Shown: positions 12,301 through 22,709, numbered from the whole stretch's first letter. The stretch is 63,448 nt of DNA, filler included, from Nemertoderma westbladi (GCA_032718475.1; 3 parts of 3 records of this genome joined end to end with filler, not necessarily neighbours in it); one strand, 5' to 3'. The notes: generated by a model not told the origin, from the letters alone. Program-made: numbers and translations.

Positions 12301-13827
12301 TTTATCTATTCTAACACATTATTGTATCTACCTACCCAATGTTGGATCAATGATACTCCCAACTAAATATTTATCTATTCTAACACATTATTGTATCTAC
12401 CTACCCAATGTTGGATCAATGATACTCCCAACTAAATATTTATCTATTCTAACACATTATTGTATCTACCTACCCAATGTTGGATCAATGATACTCCCAA
12501 CTAAAATCTTTCTATTCTAACACATTATTGTATCTACCTACCCAATGTTGGATCAATGATACTCCCAACTAAATATTTATCTATTCTAACACATTATTGT
12601 ATCTACCTACCCAATGTTGGATCAATGATACTCCCAACTAAATATTTATCTATTCTAACACATTATTGTATCTACCTACCCAATGTTGGATCAATGATAC
12701 TCCCAACTAAATATTTATCTATTCTAACACATTATTGTATCCACCTACCCAATGTTGGATCAATGATACTCCCAACTAAATATTTATCTATTCTAACACA
12801 TTATTGTATCCACCTACCCAATGTTGGATCAATGATACTCCCAACTAAATATTTATCTATTCTAACACATTATTGTATCCACCTACCCAATGTTGGATCA
12901 ATGATACTCCCAACTAAATATTTATCTATTCTAACACATTATTGTATCCACCTACCCAATGTTGGATCAATGATACTCCCAACTAAATATTTATCTATTC
13001 TAACACATTATTGTATCCACCTACCCAATGTTGGATCAATGATACTCCCAACTAAATATTTATCTATTCTAACACATTATTGTATCCACCTACCCAATGT
13101 TGGATCAATGATACTCCCAACTAAATATTTATCTATTCTAACACATTATTGTATCCACCTACCCAATGTTGGATCAATGATACTCCCAACTAAATATTTA
13201 TCTATTCTAACACATTATTGTATCCACCTACCCAATGTTGGATCAATGATACTCCCAACTAAATATTTATCTATTCTAACACATTATTGTATCCACCTAC
13301 CCAATGTTGGATCAATGATACTCCCAACTAAAATCTTTCTATTCTAACACATTATTGTATCTACCTACCCAATGTTGGATCAATGATACTCCCAACTAAA
13401 TATTTATCTATTCTAACACATTATTGTATCTACCTACCCAATGTTGGATCAATGATACTCCCAACTAAATATTTATCTATTCTAACACATTATTGTATCT
13501 ACCTACCCAATGTTGGATCAATGATACTCCCAACTAAATATTTATCTATTCTAACACATTATTGTATCCACCTACCCAATGTTGGATCAATGATACTCCC
13601 AACTAAAATCTTTCTATTCTAACACATTATTGTATCTACCTACCCAATGTTGGATCAATGATACTCCCAACTAAATATTTATCTATTCTAACACATTATT
13701 GTATCTACCTACCCAATGTTGGATCAATGATACTCCCAACTAAATATTTATCTATTCTAACACATTGTATCTACCTACCCAATGTTGGATCAATGATACT
13801 CCCAACTAAATATTTATCTATTCTAAC
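3342..13827. repeat. 68/69-bp tandem satellite, roughly 150 copies
   Basis: Unit GTATCTACCTACCCAATGTTGGATCAATGATACTCCCAACTAAATATTTATCTATTCTAACACATTATT, with three main variants of one ~10-bp segment. Confidence 0.99.
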
Positions 13828-15370
13828 TTTTTTTTTTTTTTTTAACTCTTTAAGTCTCATTTATTCACATAGATAATAAAACGTTAATGTTAAACAATAC
13901 CCACCACCAGCCGACGTTACTAGGCAACCAATATAAGAGGGAAATTTAAAATGAAATCCTTTGCCCGCCCCCAACACAGAAACAGTCTCTATGGTGTATG
14001 GAGCATACTACTATATTTACCCCACCCTACCGAACTGCGCCAACACCCCAGGGTCTGAGTCCGCGTTAGCCAACCGGATCGATGAGTCGGTGACTGCCTC
14101 CCGCACCGGTCGCCTAGCAGCCGAACGGTACCCGCGTAAACACATTAATGACGACCTGAGGAGGGAGAAACTGATTCGCCGACGTACCCATGAGACGCAC
14201 TCCGGATAGGGAACCTGCCGTTTGTCGGACAACTTCACCGCCAGTCGTTTGACAAACTGATGGGCAGCTGGTGCCATTCCGCCGAAAGCAGAGAAAATTA
14301 AGGGAGTGAAGGTGGAGTGTTCCACCTCGCGTAATCTCTCCTCGTATTTCCGGCACTTCCTCGCCTCGTGGTGGAGATGGGCGGCGTCAATCGACATCGC
14401 CGCGTTGGTGTCCGCCAGCGGGTTGAACACCGACACGTCGATAAACATTTTCTGGTAACGATTGCCCCAGAATCCGCTCACCGACACGTCGAGCCGCGCC
14501 AGCTGGTCCGTCGAGGTGGAACGGAGGGAGAAGGACTCCCCCGTTAGTGGCTGGAGCATCGGTTCGACTGCCACACTGTGGGCCACCTCGGTTAGGGTGT
14601 CGGCGACGAAATCGCGGATCTCGTTGTGTCTTATGGAGGGGAAACCTCCAGTGGGACACGACAGAACGTGGGTTGCAGAAAATCGGGACCCACAAACACA
14701 ACGAGATGGTAGGTTCTTCGGCGACCAACCGTAACGGAGACAAACAGCATCCCTAAACTCTCCTTTGGACAGGTGAGTGTCGTGCAGGGTGAGTGGTTTG
14801 GTGTTTAACCACGCAGACGCACCTTTTTCAGTAGTTAGTATAACCAAATTATGTTGGTCAGAACTTAATTGGTCGTAAACCTCCTCCTTTTTAGCTTTCG
14901 CTACAACTGATGAAGAGGTGGCTACTAACTTGGCTATGTGTGTCTGCTCCTCTCTCACCACTGCCATAGACTCACCTTCCAAGGAGGCAAATGGTTCGCA
15001 AATCCTCCGGGAATATTCGTACTGGGGCTGTAGATCAGCTGGTACGGGGATCCCTAGCCCACCATTGCGAACCGGGAGCGACATCAGTTGCCGTTCTACC
15101 GGTGTTATTGCTGGGCGGTCAAATATCCGGCACAGACACCTCCCTACGGACTCCTCCAGACCACCAAATCTGTCAGTGGCTCCAGGGACAACGCGCGCCA
15201 GAAACCGCCACCGACAGGACAGACCGAATGCCAGTCCGGCATATGCGCAATGTGGATCAACAGCGGCGATGGTAGCGAGTCGTTCCACGTCTGCGGCGAA
15301 CTCCTCGACTTTTTGTTCGATGAAGTTGTTACGGAACTCCTCGGTGCCGATAACACCTCCCAGGAGGTGT
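13828..15370 (-). mobile_element. 5'-truncated CRE-clade non-LTR retrotransposon (RLE type) with poly(A) tail
   Basis: Poly(T) at 13828-13843 is the tail. TATCTATTCTAAC occurs on both sides and is a candidate TSD within the satellite. The ORF carries CRE-type motifs. Confidence 0.9.
14017..15367 (-). CDS. C-terminal half of the CRE ORF: end of RT/thumb, zinc knuckle, restriction-like endonuclease
   Basis: Motifs HLLGGVIG..F, LPVRNGGLGIP, GASAWL, EFRDAVCLRYG, CxC...HVLSC, RHNEIRD, RLDV...FIDVSV, HEARKCRKY and FTPLIFSAFGG. No native start codon because the copy is truncated. Confidence 0.9.
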
Positions 15371-15382
15371 TATCTATCCTAA

Positions 15383-15850
15383 TATCTATTCTAACACATT
15401 ATTGTATCTACCTACCCAATGTTGGATCAATGATACTCCCAACTAAATATTTATCTATTCTAACACATTATTGTATCTACCTACCCAATGTTGGATCAAT
15501 GATACTCCCAACTAAATATTTATCTATTCTAACACATTATTGTTTCTACCTACCCAATGTTGGATCAATGATACTCCCAACTAAATATTTATCTATTCTA
15601 ACACATTATTGTATCTACCTACCCAATGTTGGATCAATGATACTCCCAACTAAAATCTTTCTATTCTAACACATTATTGTATCTACCTACCCAATGTTGG
15701 ATCAATGATACTCCCAACTAAATATTTATCTATTCTAACACATTATTGTATCTACCTACCCAATGTTGGATCAATGATACTCCCAACTAAATATTTATCT
15801 ATTCTAACACATTATTGTATCTACCTACCCAATGTTGGATCAATGATACT
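15383..15850. repeat. Continuation of the 68/69-bp satellite (~7 copies)
   Basis: Same unit as 3342-13827. Confidence 0.99.
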
Positions 15851-16058
15851 TGTTAGGGTGTGGATGGCGGATTCAATACCGGATTTCTGCCCCAAACACA
15901 TCTGAACCGAGTCGCCCACCTCCTGCTGATCTTCTCAGATGCAAGTCATCGCAGCTTTCCCGACTACCCTGCGGAGGACCTCGCCTATTCCTATGGGATG
16001 GACGCCAGGGTTTTTATCCAGAGCAAGTAATCGGGCAGACACAAACGAGGACGCGGAC
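15851..16058 (-). pseudogene. Second CRE-clade fragment (N-terminal RT motifs) with an in-frame stop
   Basis: Manual translation gives FVSARLLALDKNPGVHPIGIGEVLRRVVGKAAMTCI*EDQQEVGDSVQMCLGQKSGIESAIH, matching the CRE RT signature LDK.PGVRPIG.GE.LRR...K. Confidence 0.85.
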
Positions 16059-16059
16059 T

Positions 16060-16491
16060 TATATGGTAATAGGTTTAATTTACATATGTGTACGTATATG
16101 GTAATAGGTTTAAGTTACATACGCTATGCGTACGTATATGGTAATAGGTCTAAGTTACATACGTGTACGTATATGGTAATAGGTTTAAGTTACATACACA
16201 TACATATATGGTAATAGGTTTACATATGCGTTCATATATGGTAATAGGTTTACGTACGAGTACGTATATGGTAATAGGTTTACATACGCGTACCTATATG
16301 GTAATAGGTTTACATATGCATACGTATATGGTAATAGGTTTACATACGCGTATGTATATGGTAATAGGTTTACATACACATACGTATATGGTAATAGGTT
16401 TAAGTTACATACGTGTACGTATATGGTAATAGGTTTACATATGCGTACGTATATGGTAATAGGTTTACATATGCGTACGTATATGGTAATA
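16060..16491. repeat. 30/35-bp minisatellite (TATATGGTAATAGGTTT[AAGTT]ACATAYRCGTACG)
   Basis: About 14 tandem copies; one further partial copy at 17705-17723, beyond the Penelope insert. Confidence 0.95.
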
Positions 16492-16580
16492 GAGGTTATT
16501 GAAGTCCCAGTGGGGTAACGTAATCGTAGTAAAATTATAATAATTAGCGCGAATGAAAATAATGCCATAATTAATTAAGC

Positions 16581-16618
16581 GGAACGTTTCGATTTATTAC
16601 ATTAAACCATCATCAGCC
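16581..16618 (-). ncRNA. Minimal hammerhead ribozyme, inverted pLTR copy
   Basis: Reverse complement of 17615-17652. Confidence 0.75.
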
Positions 16619-16875
16619 AATACTACAGTAAGATACATAAAGTTTAAATTACATTCTAAATTATTAATATTACTGCAAAATATGTGAAAACATTACAATA
16701 CGAGAAGATATAAGAGCCTAACTACTTGCATACGTAATACTGAATTAAGTAAAATAGTGCACGGTAAAATCATGAAATCAGACAACTAAATTGATAATGA
16801 GTACAACACCAATATTAATTAATACATACTGTATAATACTGTAGATACGGTCTATGTAGTGTGTGTAGTTTTTAG

Positions 16876-17361
16876 GTCTATCTTGTACTACCGTTCATTG
16901 GTTCATACTCAATCCTGCTTAAAAAACGACTACAGTTACTTAGCCAAGCGTTTTCTCAATGCTATTTTAAGATTATTTTTCGCCCTACACGTAGGTTAGG
17001 AGTTCACTTTCCATTTAAGGATAGACTTCCCCTGTGTCTCAGACCTCTTGCTTTATATAAATTTACGTGCAGTAGCTGCAATGCTACATACATCGGTAAA
17101 ACCGAGCGTCACTACAAAGCAAGGATCAGCGAACACTTGGGAGTTTCCCCTCGAACAGGAAAAGCTTCAGCCTCTCCCAAACACTCCACTGTACGAGAAC
17201 ACGCCCTAGACGAGGATCACACCTTTAATTACAATGACTTCTCAATAATAGGTAGAGTTGATAGTAATTACGACCTATTAATTAAAGAAAGCCTAGTTAT
17301 CTCCCGCCACAGACCTACTCTAAATATTCAGGGAACCTCATTCCCTTTACTATTGTTCTAA
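16876..17361 (+). CDS. Penelope-type GIY-YIG endonuclease C-terminal fragment
   Basis: VLPFIG...FPFKD...ALYKFTCSSCNATYIGKTERHYKARISEH...STVREH...IKESLVI...PTLN; the 5' end is missing. Confidence 0.88.
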   Translation, partial: VYLVLPFIGSYSILLKKRLQLLSQAFSQCYFKIIFRPTRRLGVHFPFKDRLPLCLRPLALYKFTCSSCNATYIGKTERHYKARISEHLGVSPRTGKASASPKHSTVREHALDEDHTFNYNDFSIIGRVDSNYDLLIKESLVISRHRPTLNIQGTSFPLLLF

Positions 17362-17614
17362 AAACTACACACACTACATAGACCGTATCTACAGTATTAT
17401 ACAGTATGTATTAATTAATATTGGTGTTGTACTCATTATCAATATAGTTGTCTGATTTCATGTTTTTACCGTGCACTATTTTACTTAATTCAGTATTACG
17501 TATGCAAGTAGTTAGGCTCTTATATCTTCTCGTATTGTAATGTTTTCACATATTTTGCAGTAATATTAATAATTTAGAATGTAATTTAAACTTTATGTAT
17601 CTTACTGTAGTATT

Positions 17615-17652
17615 GGCTGATGATGGTTTAATGTAATAAATCGAAACGTTCC
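17615..17652 (+). ncRNA. Minimal type I hammerhead ribozyme in the pLTR
   Basis: GG-CTGATGA-(stem II GGTTTA/TAAATC)-GAAAC-GTT-CC, the minimal form known from Penelope pLTRs. Confidence 0.75.
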
Positions 17653-17723
17653 GCTTAATTAGTTTTGGCATTATTTTCATTCGCGCTAATTATTATAATT
17701 TTACTATATGGTAATAGGTTTAA

Positions 17724-19279
17724 CCCTACTAAACCCGGGGGGGGGGGGTCAATATGACCCCTCCCATGGTTTTTTTATTATAATTCTGAAACAAACGCAG
17801 TTGGGAATCTGAAATTTTATGACTTTTCCTAAAAATCTATTGTCTTCCTAGTAGTGAAAACCGTTTTCAAAAATATTGGGTACTTTTCGAGTTATAGCAC
17901 CATTTTTTAACCCTACTTTTGGCACTTTTTTTGAGACGTTTTTTGAAAATTACATTTCATTAAATATGAATTGTAACATCTCTATTTTTGATTTACACCG
18001 GTTTTTTGGTGTTAGAAATTTGATGGAATTCATATCAATTGATTTAGAAATTTCAAACTTGTATTTTTCGTCGGGTACCAAATTTTGGTGCCAGCACCAA
18101 ATTTTGAAATAAGTCAATTTTGTAAATTGAACGTTTGAAACTTGTTTTTTACGCAATTGGGGTTTTTTGGGTTCCTGGATTCGATGAAATATATACGAGT
18201 TGCACCAAGCGTATCAAACTTGTATTTTTCGGTGCTGTGTGCAAATTTTGGTGCTAGCACGAAATTTTGAAAATCCATTCAATAGATAAAATTGCTTGTG
18301 ACAATTTATTTCTTGGGTTTTAGAGGTTTATGGCTGTTCTGAATTCAATGGAAAATATAATTATCGAACTAGACATCTCAAACTTGTATTTTTCGGATGT
18401 GGGTTCAAAATGTGGTGCTAGCACCAAATTTTGAAAACCATCAAATATATCAATTGATTGTGTCACCTTGTTTCTTGCGTTATACGGGTTTGTGATGGTT
18501 CTGAATTCAATGGAATCAGTAAAAATTTCATAAGAGTTCTCAAACTTGTATTTTTCGCCGGTGGGTGAAAATTGTTGTGCCAGCACCAAATTTTTGGAAA
18601 ATATGCAAATTGATAAGTAGATAGTATCACCTTGTTTCTTGCGTTATACGGGTTTATGAGGGTCCTGAATCCGATGGAATCAATAAAAACAGCACTGGAC
18701 ATCGCAAACTTGTACTTTTTGGTGATGGGTACGAAATTTGGTGCTAGCACCAAAATTTGCCAAATTACGCCGAAAAATACAAGTAGCAATGATCTGGCAC
18801 ATTAGAAATGTATTCCATTAGAATCAGCGCCCTCGAAAACCTGAAAATGTGAATTTATAGCATCGTATAAGTGAATTAAAAATTTTGTGTTCTAACTGAA
18901 AAGTGCTGGTTACTTGTTTTTTTCATTTTTTTCCTACGCAGAGAGGACTAAACAGCCATTTATAGTAATCATATCATTTTTTAATATTTCCCAATGTATT
19001 TTGCACCCCAGAAAACCTGTATTGAAAAATAATTAGCCAAAAATGTAACTTTCAAATTTGGTGAAAATTGTGCACTACTTGTAATTTTGGTGCTGCAATA
19101 TAACCACCCCAGTACATTTTTTCGAAAATTTTTTTTGTCGGTCGGATCCAGACAAGTGATACCTACGTACAAACAAAAAATCAGACGTTTTCGTAAATAT
19201 TTGTAGATTTTAGAGGGGGGGGTCAATATGACCCCCTCCCGGTATTTGTACAACATTTTATAGCCCGGTACTAATAGGG
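17724..19279. mobile_element. Non-autonomous piggyBac-like DNA transposon
   Basis: TTAA flanks both ends (17720-17723, 19280-19283). Imperfect TIRs CCCTACTAAACCCGGG / CCCTATTAGTACCGGG, subterminal palindrome GGGGTCAATATGACCCC at both ends, five ~163-bp internal repeats, no transposase ORF. Confidence 0.8.
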
Positions 19280-19283
19280 TTAA

Positions 19284-19398
19284 AGGGTTTTCTTTTTGTA
19301 GTATTTACTCTAGGTATATCTTGTGGTTTTAAATCAGCAGCTAACGGTTTACTCGATACTAAATATAATTTTCTAAATGTTACTCCCGTTTTAACCAT
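19284..19398 (-). pseudogene. Start of the next Polinton ORF, cut off at the TTAA element
   Basis: ATG a few nt after the pX-like stop gives MVKTGVTFRKLYLVSSKPL..., reminiscent of the RKMxLV start of the gene that commonly follows in Mavericks. Confidence 0.45.
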
Positions 19399-19404
19399 TA
19401 TTAC

Positions 19405-19788
19405 CTACCGTCCACGGTTAATTTTTTTCGCAATAGCAGCCCCAGCGGCAGCGGCACCGGCACTCGCGGCGAGTTTCGCACCAATGCCGAGTAAGGGTAT
19501 TAGAAACGGTAGTATACCTCCAGATTGATTGCTTAACTTTTTTCTGTAACTTGATATATTTTTTGTTTTACGGTTGAGTGATTTCAATACCTTCTTATAG
19601 CGGCGAATATTTCTAAATGAATGAGGGGTCAATTGTACATTACCTTGTAGAACATTTAATGCAGTATTTACAATGAGCCGTATTAATTCGTTACTGGCGG
19701 TATGGTTAATAAAATAAGTTCTTTGTTGAGGGGTAGCGCTGCGTAGAAATTCCAGTTCGTTACGATATTTCTGCACAAGTCTATTCAT
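19405..19788 (-). CDS. Polinton virion core-like protein with an adenovirus pX-like C-terminus (127 aa)
   Basis: Basic helical domain (LI....LN.L.GNV.L......RYKK.L..L) followed by QSGG/ILPFLIPLL, resembling adenovirus pX GG/ILPLLIPLI and an adenain cleavage site. Confidence 0.8.
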   Translation of the reverse strand: MNRLVQKYRNELEFLRSATPQQRTYFINHTASNELIRLIVNTALNVLQGNVQLTPHSFRNIRRYKKVLKSLNRKTKNISSYRKKLSNQSGGILPFLIPLLGIGAKLAASAGAAAAGAAIAKKINRGR

Positions 19789-19825
19789 TGTTGCAACATT
19801 ATTGAAAATTGTTACAAAATATTAA

Positions 19826-20506
19826 TTATTTATCATTATTATTATTATTATTTTCGCTACATTTATAGTCAGTGTAATTTTTAATGTAACAATTATGATT
19901 ACGAAATATATCAGATCTAAATCTTAAATGTTCGGGTGTTTCCTGTCGTAAATCAATTAAGAAATGTGAAAATGGTTGAATTGTCGCATCTTGATAGGAA
20001 TCAACTAAAAATTTGGTCTGCCCTGGTAACATCTGCTTCGCGAAATTTAAAACCGATAGACTGTCTCTCGGATTTTTTATTAATACTAAAGTATGGCTAT
20101 TAATTGATCTTGTGCGGTTATGCTTCCCACCGTAAAACATGTTTTGCGTTATAAAACAAATAAATATATTGGAATGATGAGCTACCTTAGTAAACAATAC
20201 AGTTAAAGCTGTACTGGACTCAGTTTCTGTTAACAAATCATCTATAATTAATAAATCTCGACTATTCACTAAACTATCTATATTTTCAGGCAAGCCTTTG
20301 TAAAGGTGAGTAATACCGGGAATAGTCGGGGGATTGCTCCCGTAACAATACAATACTCGCAAGGGGGCTTCGTTGAAACAACCATTCTTGTGTTTAATTA
20401 AATTGCTTACAAAGGTTGACTTTCCGGAACCAGATGGCCCTGAAATTATCATACTTGTGCCCATTTGAAAGTTTAAATTATATGGACCTGAATTAAAGTC
20501 AGCCAT
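19826..20506 (-). CDS. FtsK/A32-like DNA packaging ATPase of Polinton type (226 aa)
   Basis: Walker A GPSGSGKS, Walker B LLIIDD, HH.N....ITQN.F, RT.S.N....L.KNPRD and P.S.F.IDL...TPE.LR.R motifs. Confidence 0.92.
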   Translation of the reverse strand: MADFNSGPYNLNFQMGTSMIISGPSGSGKSTFVSNLIKHKNGCFNEAPLRVLYCYGSNPPTIPGITHLYKGLPENIDSLVNSRDLLIIDDLLTETESSTALTVLFTKVAHHSNIFICFITQNMFYGGKHNRTRSINSHTLVLIKNPRDSLSVLNFAKQMLPGQTKFLVDSYQDATIQPFSHFLIDLRQETPEHLRFRSDIFRNHNCYIKNYTDYKCSENNNNNNDK

Positions 20507-20722
20507 TTATTATTATTATTAAGATATATCAACAATACAATATAATATAATATCAATATCAATATCAATAAACCAACACCATTACTATGTATATAACAAT
20601 AATTGATGCAACTACAATATTAGAGTACTGTATATTTAATTAACATATGACGCCACTACAGTATGTGACGCTCGCTGCAGCAAAAGGTGCTATTTCCAAT
20701 TATAGTATAGACTGATGTAATT

Positions 20723-21175
20723 TCAAGCATGGTGAGCATCTTTATACACGAAATAATGATAGGTAACATCGGCGGTTTGGAAATCACTTCCCGAAAATTT
20801 CGCGCTAATGATTTTTTTATGTTCGCTGCTAAAAAAATAAGGAATATAGTAGCAACAGCGTCGTACTACGTTTCTATAAAAAATATTCTCCAAGATTGTA
20901 AATAAATCTCCCGGATCATTACTTTTCGCAGAAATATAAGTTATATTGCGAAGCTCTTTCCAATAATAGGGTTGGTATCTTGCCAACTTTATATTAAACT
21001 TAGATATGGGTGCGCGACAAATAGGACAAATTTTAGAACAATAATTATTCATTTCGGAATATTGTACAATACATTGTATGCAAGTTGCATGTTTATTTTC
21101 ACATTTATAATAATCTCGATGTTGTTGCAATAACTTAGAATAGCAAACTGGACATTTTTCATTTAAAATATCCAT
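20723..21175 (-). CDS. RING-finger (C3HC4-like) protein, 150 aa
   Basis: CPVC-x12-C-x3-H-x2-C-x2-C-x14-CPICR; intronless and co-oriented with the Polinton genes. Confidence 0.8.
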   Translation of the reverse strand: MDILNEKCPVCYSKLLQQHRDYYKCENKHATCIQCIVQYSEMNNYCSKICPICRAPISKFNIKLARYQPYYWKELRNITYISAKSNDPGDLFTILENIFYRNVVRRCCYYIPYFFSSEHKKIISAKFSGSDFQTADVTYHYFVYKDAHHA

Positions 21176-21339
21176 TTTCCAAATTTTAAAGTAAATTGAA
21201 AATAATTACACAATACACAACAACAACAACAAACAAAACTGTTATACTGTATATACAAATACTACTACAATTTTCAATTATTTAAAAACAACAAAATTTT
21301 ATATATAATCATAAAATATTTATAATATAGGGGGAAAAG

Positions 21340-21783
21340 TCAAGAATCAATGATATTATCAACATATTCAACATTATCCGCTGATTCTTCAGGTTCGACA
21401 AAGGATTCTTTTGAAATAATTACAATAAAGAAAGACATAATTTCGTAGGGGCTATGCCGATTTAGCCGTATTTCAAACTTTTCACCAGCTTCGTTGTATT
21501 GTGTAATAACAATAAACCCCTCTATCATGGATAATAGTAAGATGTTGGTTAATTTTCCCCCATGCTCAGCTTTCAGGTTGTAATCTAAAAGATGAATACT
21601 ATTATCAGAAGCATCAATATCAATTGAGCTTAAAACTTTCCTGGCTTTTTCAGAAAATTCAATTTTATATTTATCATCTCCTTGACGGTAAATTGTATGA
21701 TCAATAACAATATAGGCTTCACCATCTTCTGCGAAAAATGAATGCCTTACTATTGGCATAACCATATTGGAATCAGAAGACAT
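21340..21783 (-). CDS. Hypothetical acidic 147-aa protein of the Polinton fragment
   Basis: Clean ATG-to-stop ORF with an AT-rich leader like its neighbours; no recognised motif. Confidence 0.6.
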   Translation of the reverse strand: MSSDSNMVMPIVRHSFFAEDGEAYIVIDHTIYRQGDDKYKIEFSEKARKVLSSIDIDASDNSIHLLDYNLKAEHGGKLTNILLLSMIEGFIVITQYNEAGEKFEIRLNRHSPYEIMSFFIVIISKESFVEPEESADNVEYVDNIIDS

Positions 21784-22709
21784 TATTTAATTAATTTTAT
21801 TGTAAATCAAACAAACAAAGTAAAAACTTTTTAAACTAAAACCATTACAAATGATTAATTGCGATTAAAGCAAGAGATTATATATAAGATATTTTCAAAA
21901 ATAATACAGGTCTTCAACTGAAAAATAGCCTAAATTTGGTTTATTGATTGGTTGATTAGCTGGTAGGGAACTACTGTATAATCAAAAAAAATTATTGCAT
22001 AATAATAATCACTAATACTTTTATACGCATAGCTGGAATGTGACGGAATCTCATGTATCATACTGAGTGGTTGGTTTGTTGGTTTGGCGACGGGTGTCAT
22101 GGAGTTAGCAATCGATATAATATAATATATGCACGATGCGAGTAGTTGGTGGCCACATCGTCACCATATACAGTATACAGTGGTGGTGGTAACGTGGTAG
22201 TGGCGGTAACGTGGTGAAAAGGTGAATAACCGTAGGGTTAGGCAAACATCGCTGTTGATTGGTTGGTTGGTGGGTGGTTGGGTGGGTAACAGCTGTGGAT
22301 TGAGTAGCGATGGGATGGGGGCTAGCCATGCATCGTGAGGTTAGGCTATGTGAAGATGAATATGCAATGGTTGGTGAAAAATTGCGATTTGAAAAATAAT
22401 AGAAGTTACCTGATGCTAAGTGTAGACACCCGAACACCTGTAAAATAAAGGTTGGTGATTGGATGCAGTACTAGCGTTGGGTGACTAATAACGCCTCTAG
22501 CGGAATAAGCGGGAACTTGAGAAGTTACCATGGTTACGGATGAAATGCTGACATCTGATTGGTTGAAATAATAACGACCACTGCAAAAGGTTGAAATGGT
22601 GGCTTCTGATTGGCTGCAGTACCAGAAATGGATGGTAATGATGGACTACGGGTGACCTTGGTTGAGGAACCATGTAATGTATACTACTCGTGATATATAT
22701 ACAATATAT

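Larger units (their letters stand above)
16527..17706 (+). mobile_element. Truncated Penelope-like element with inverted pLTRs
   Basis: A ~350-bp near-perfect inverted repeat (16527-16875 vs 17358-17706) flanks a GIY-YIG coding fragment. Each arm contains a hammerhead core. Confidence 0.9.
19284..22688 (-). mobile_element. Terminal fragment of a Polinton/Maverick (adintovirus-like) element
   Basis: Co-oriented intronless ORFs include a packaging ATPase and a pX-like protein. The upstream non-coding region has several CCAAT boxes (GATTGG on +). A candidate terminus AGTAGTATACATTAC starts at 22688 on the minus strand. Confidence 0.85.

Noticed and set aside
3342-15850. CRISPR-like array or MILPTKYLSILTHYC... 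repeat proteins
   Set aside because: The variable segment has only a few recurring variants rather than unique spacers, there are no cas genes, and the ORFs arise only because 69 is divisible by 3 and break at every 68-bp unit.
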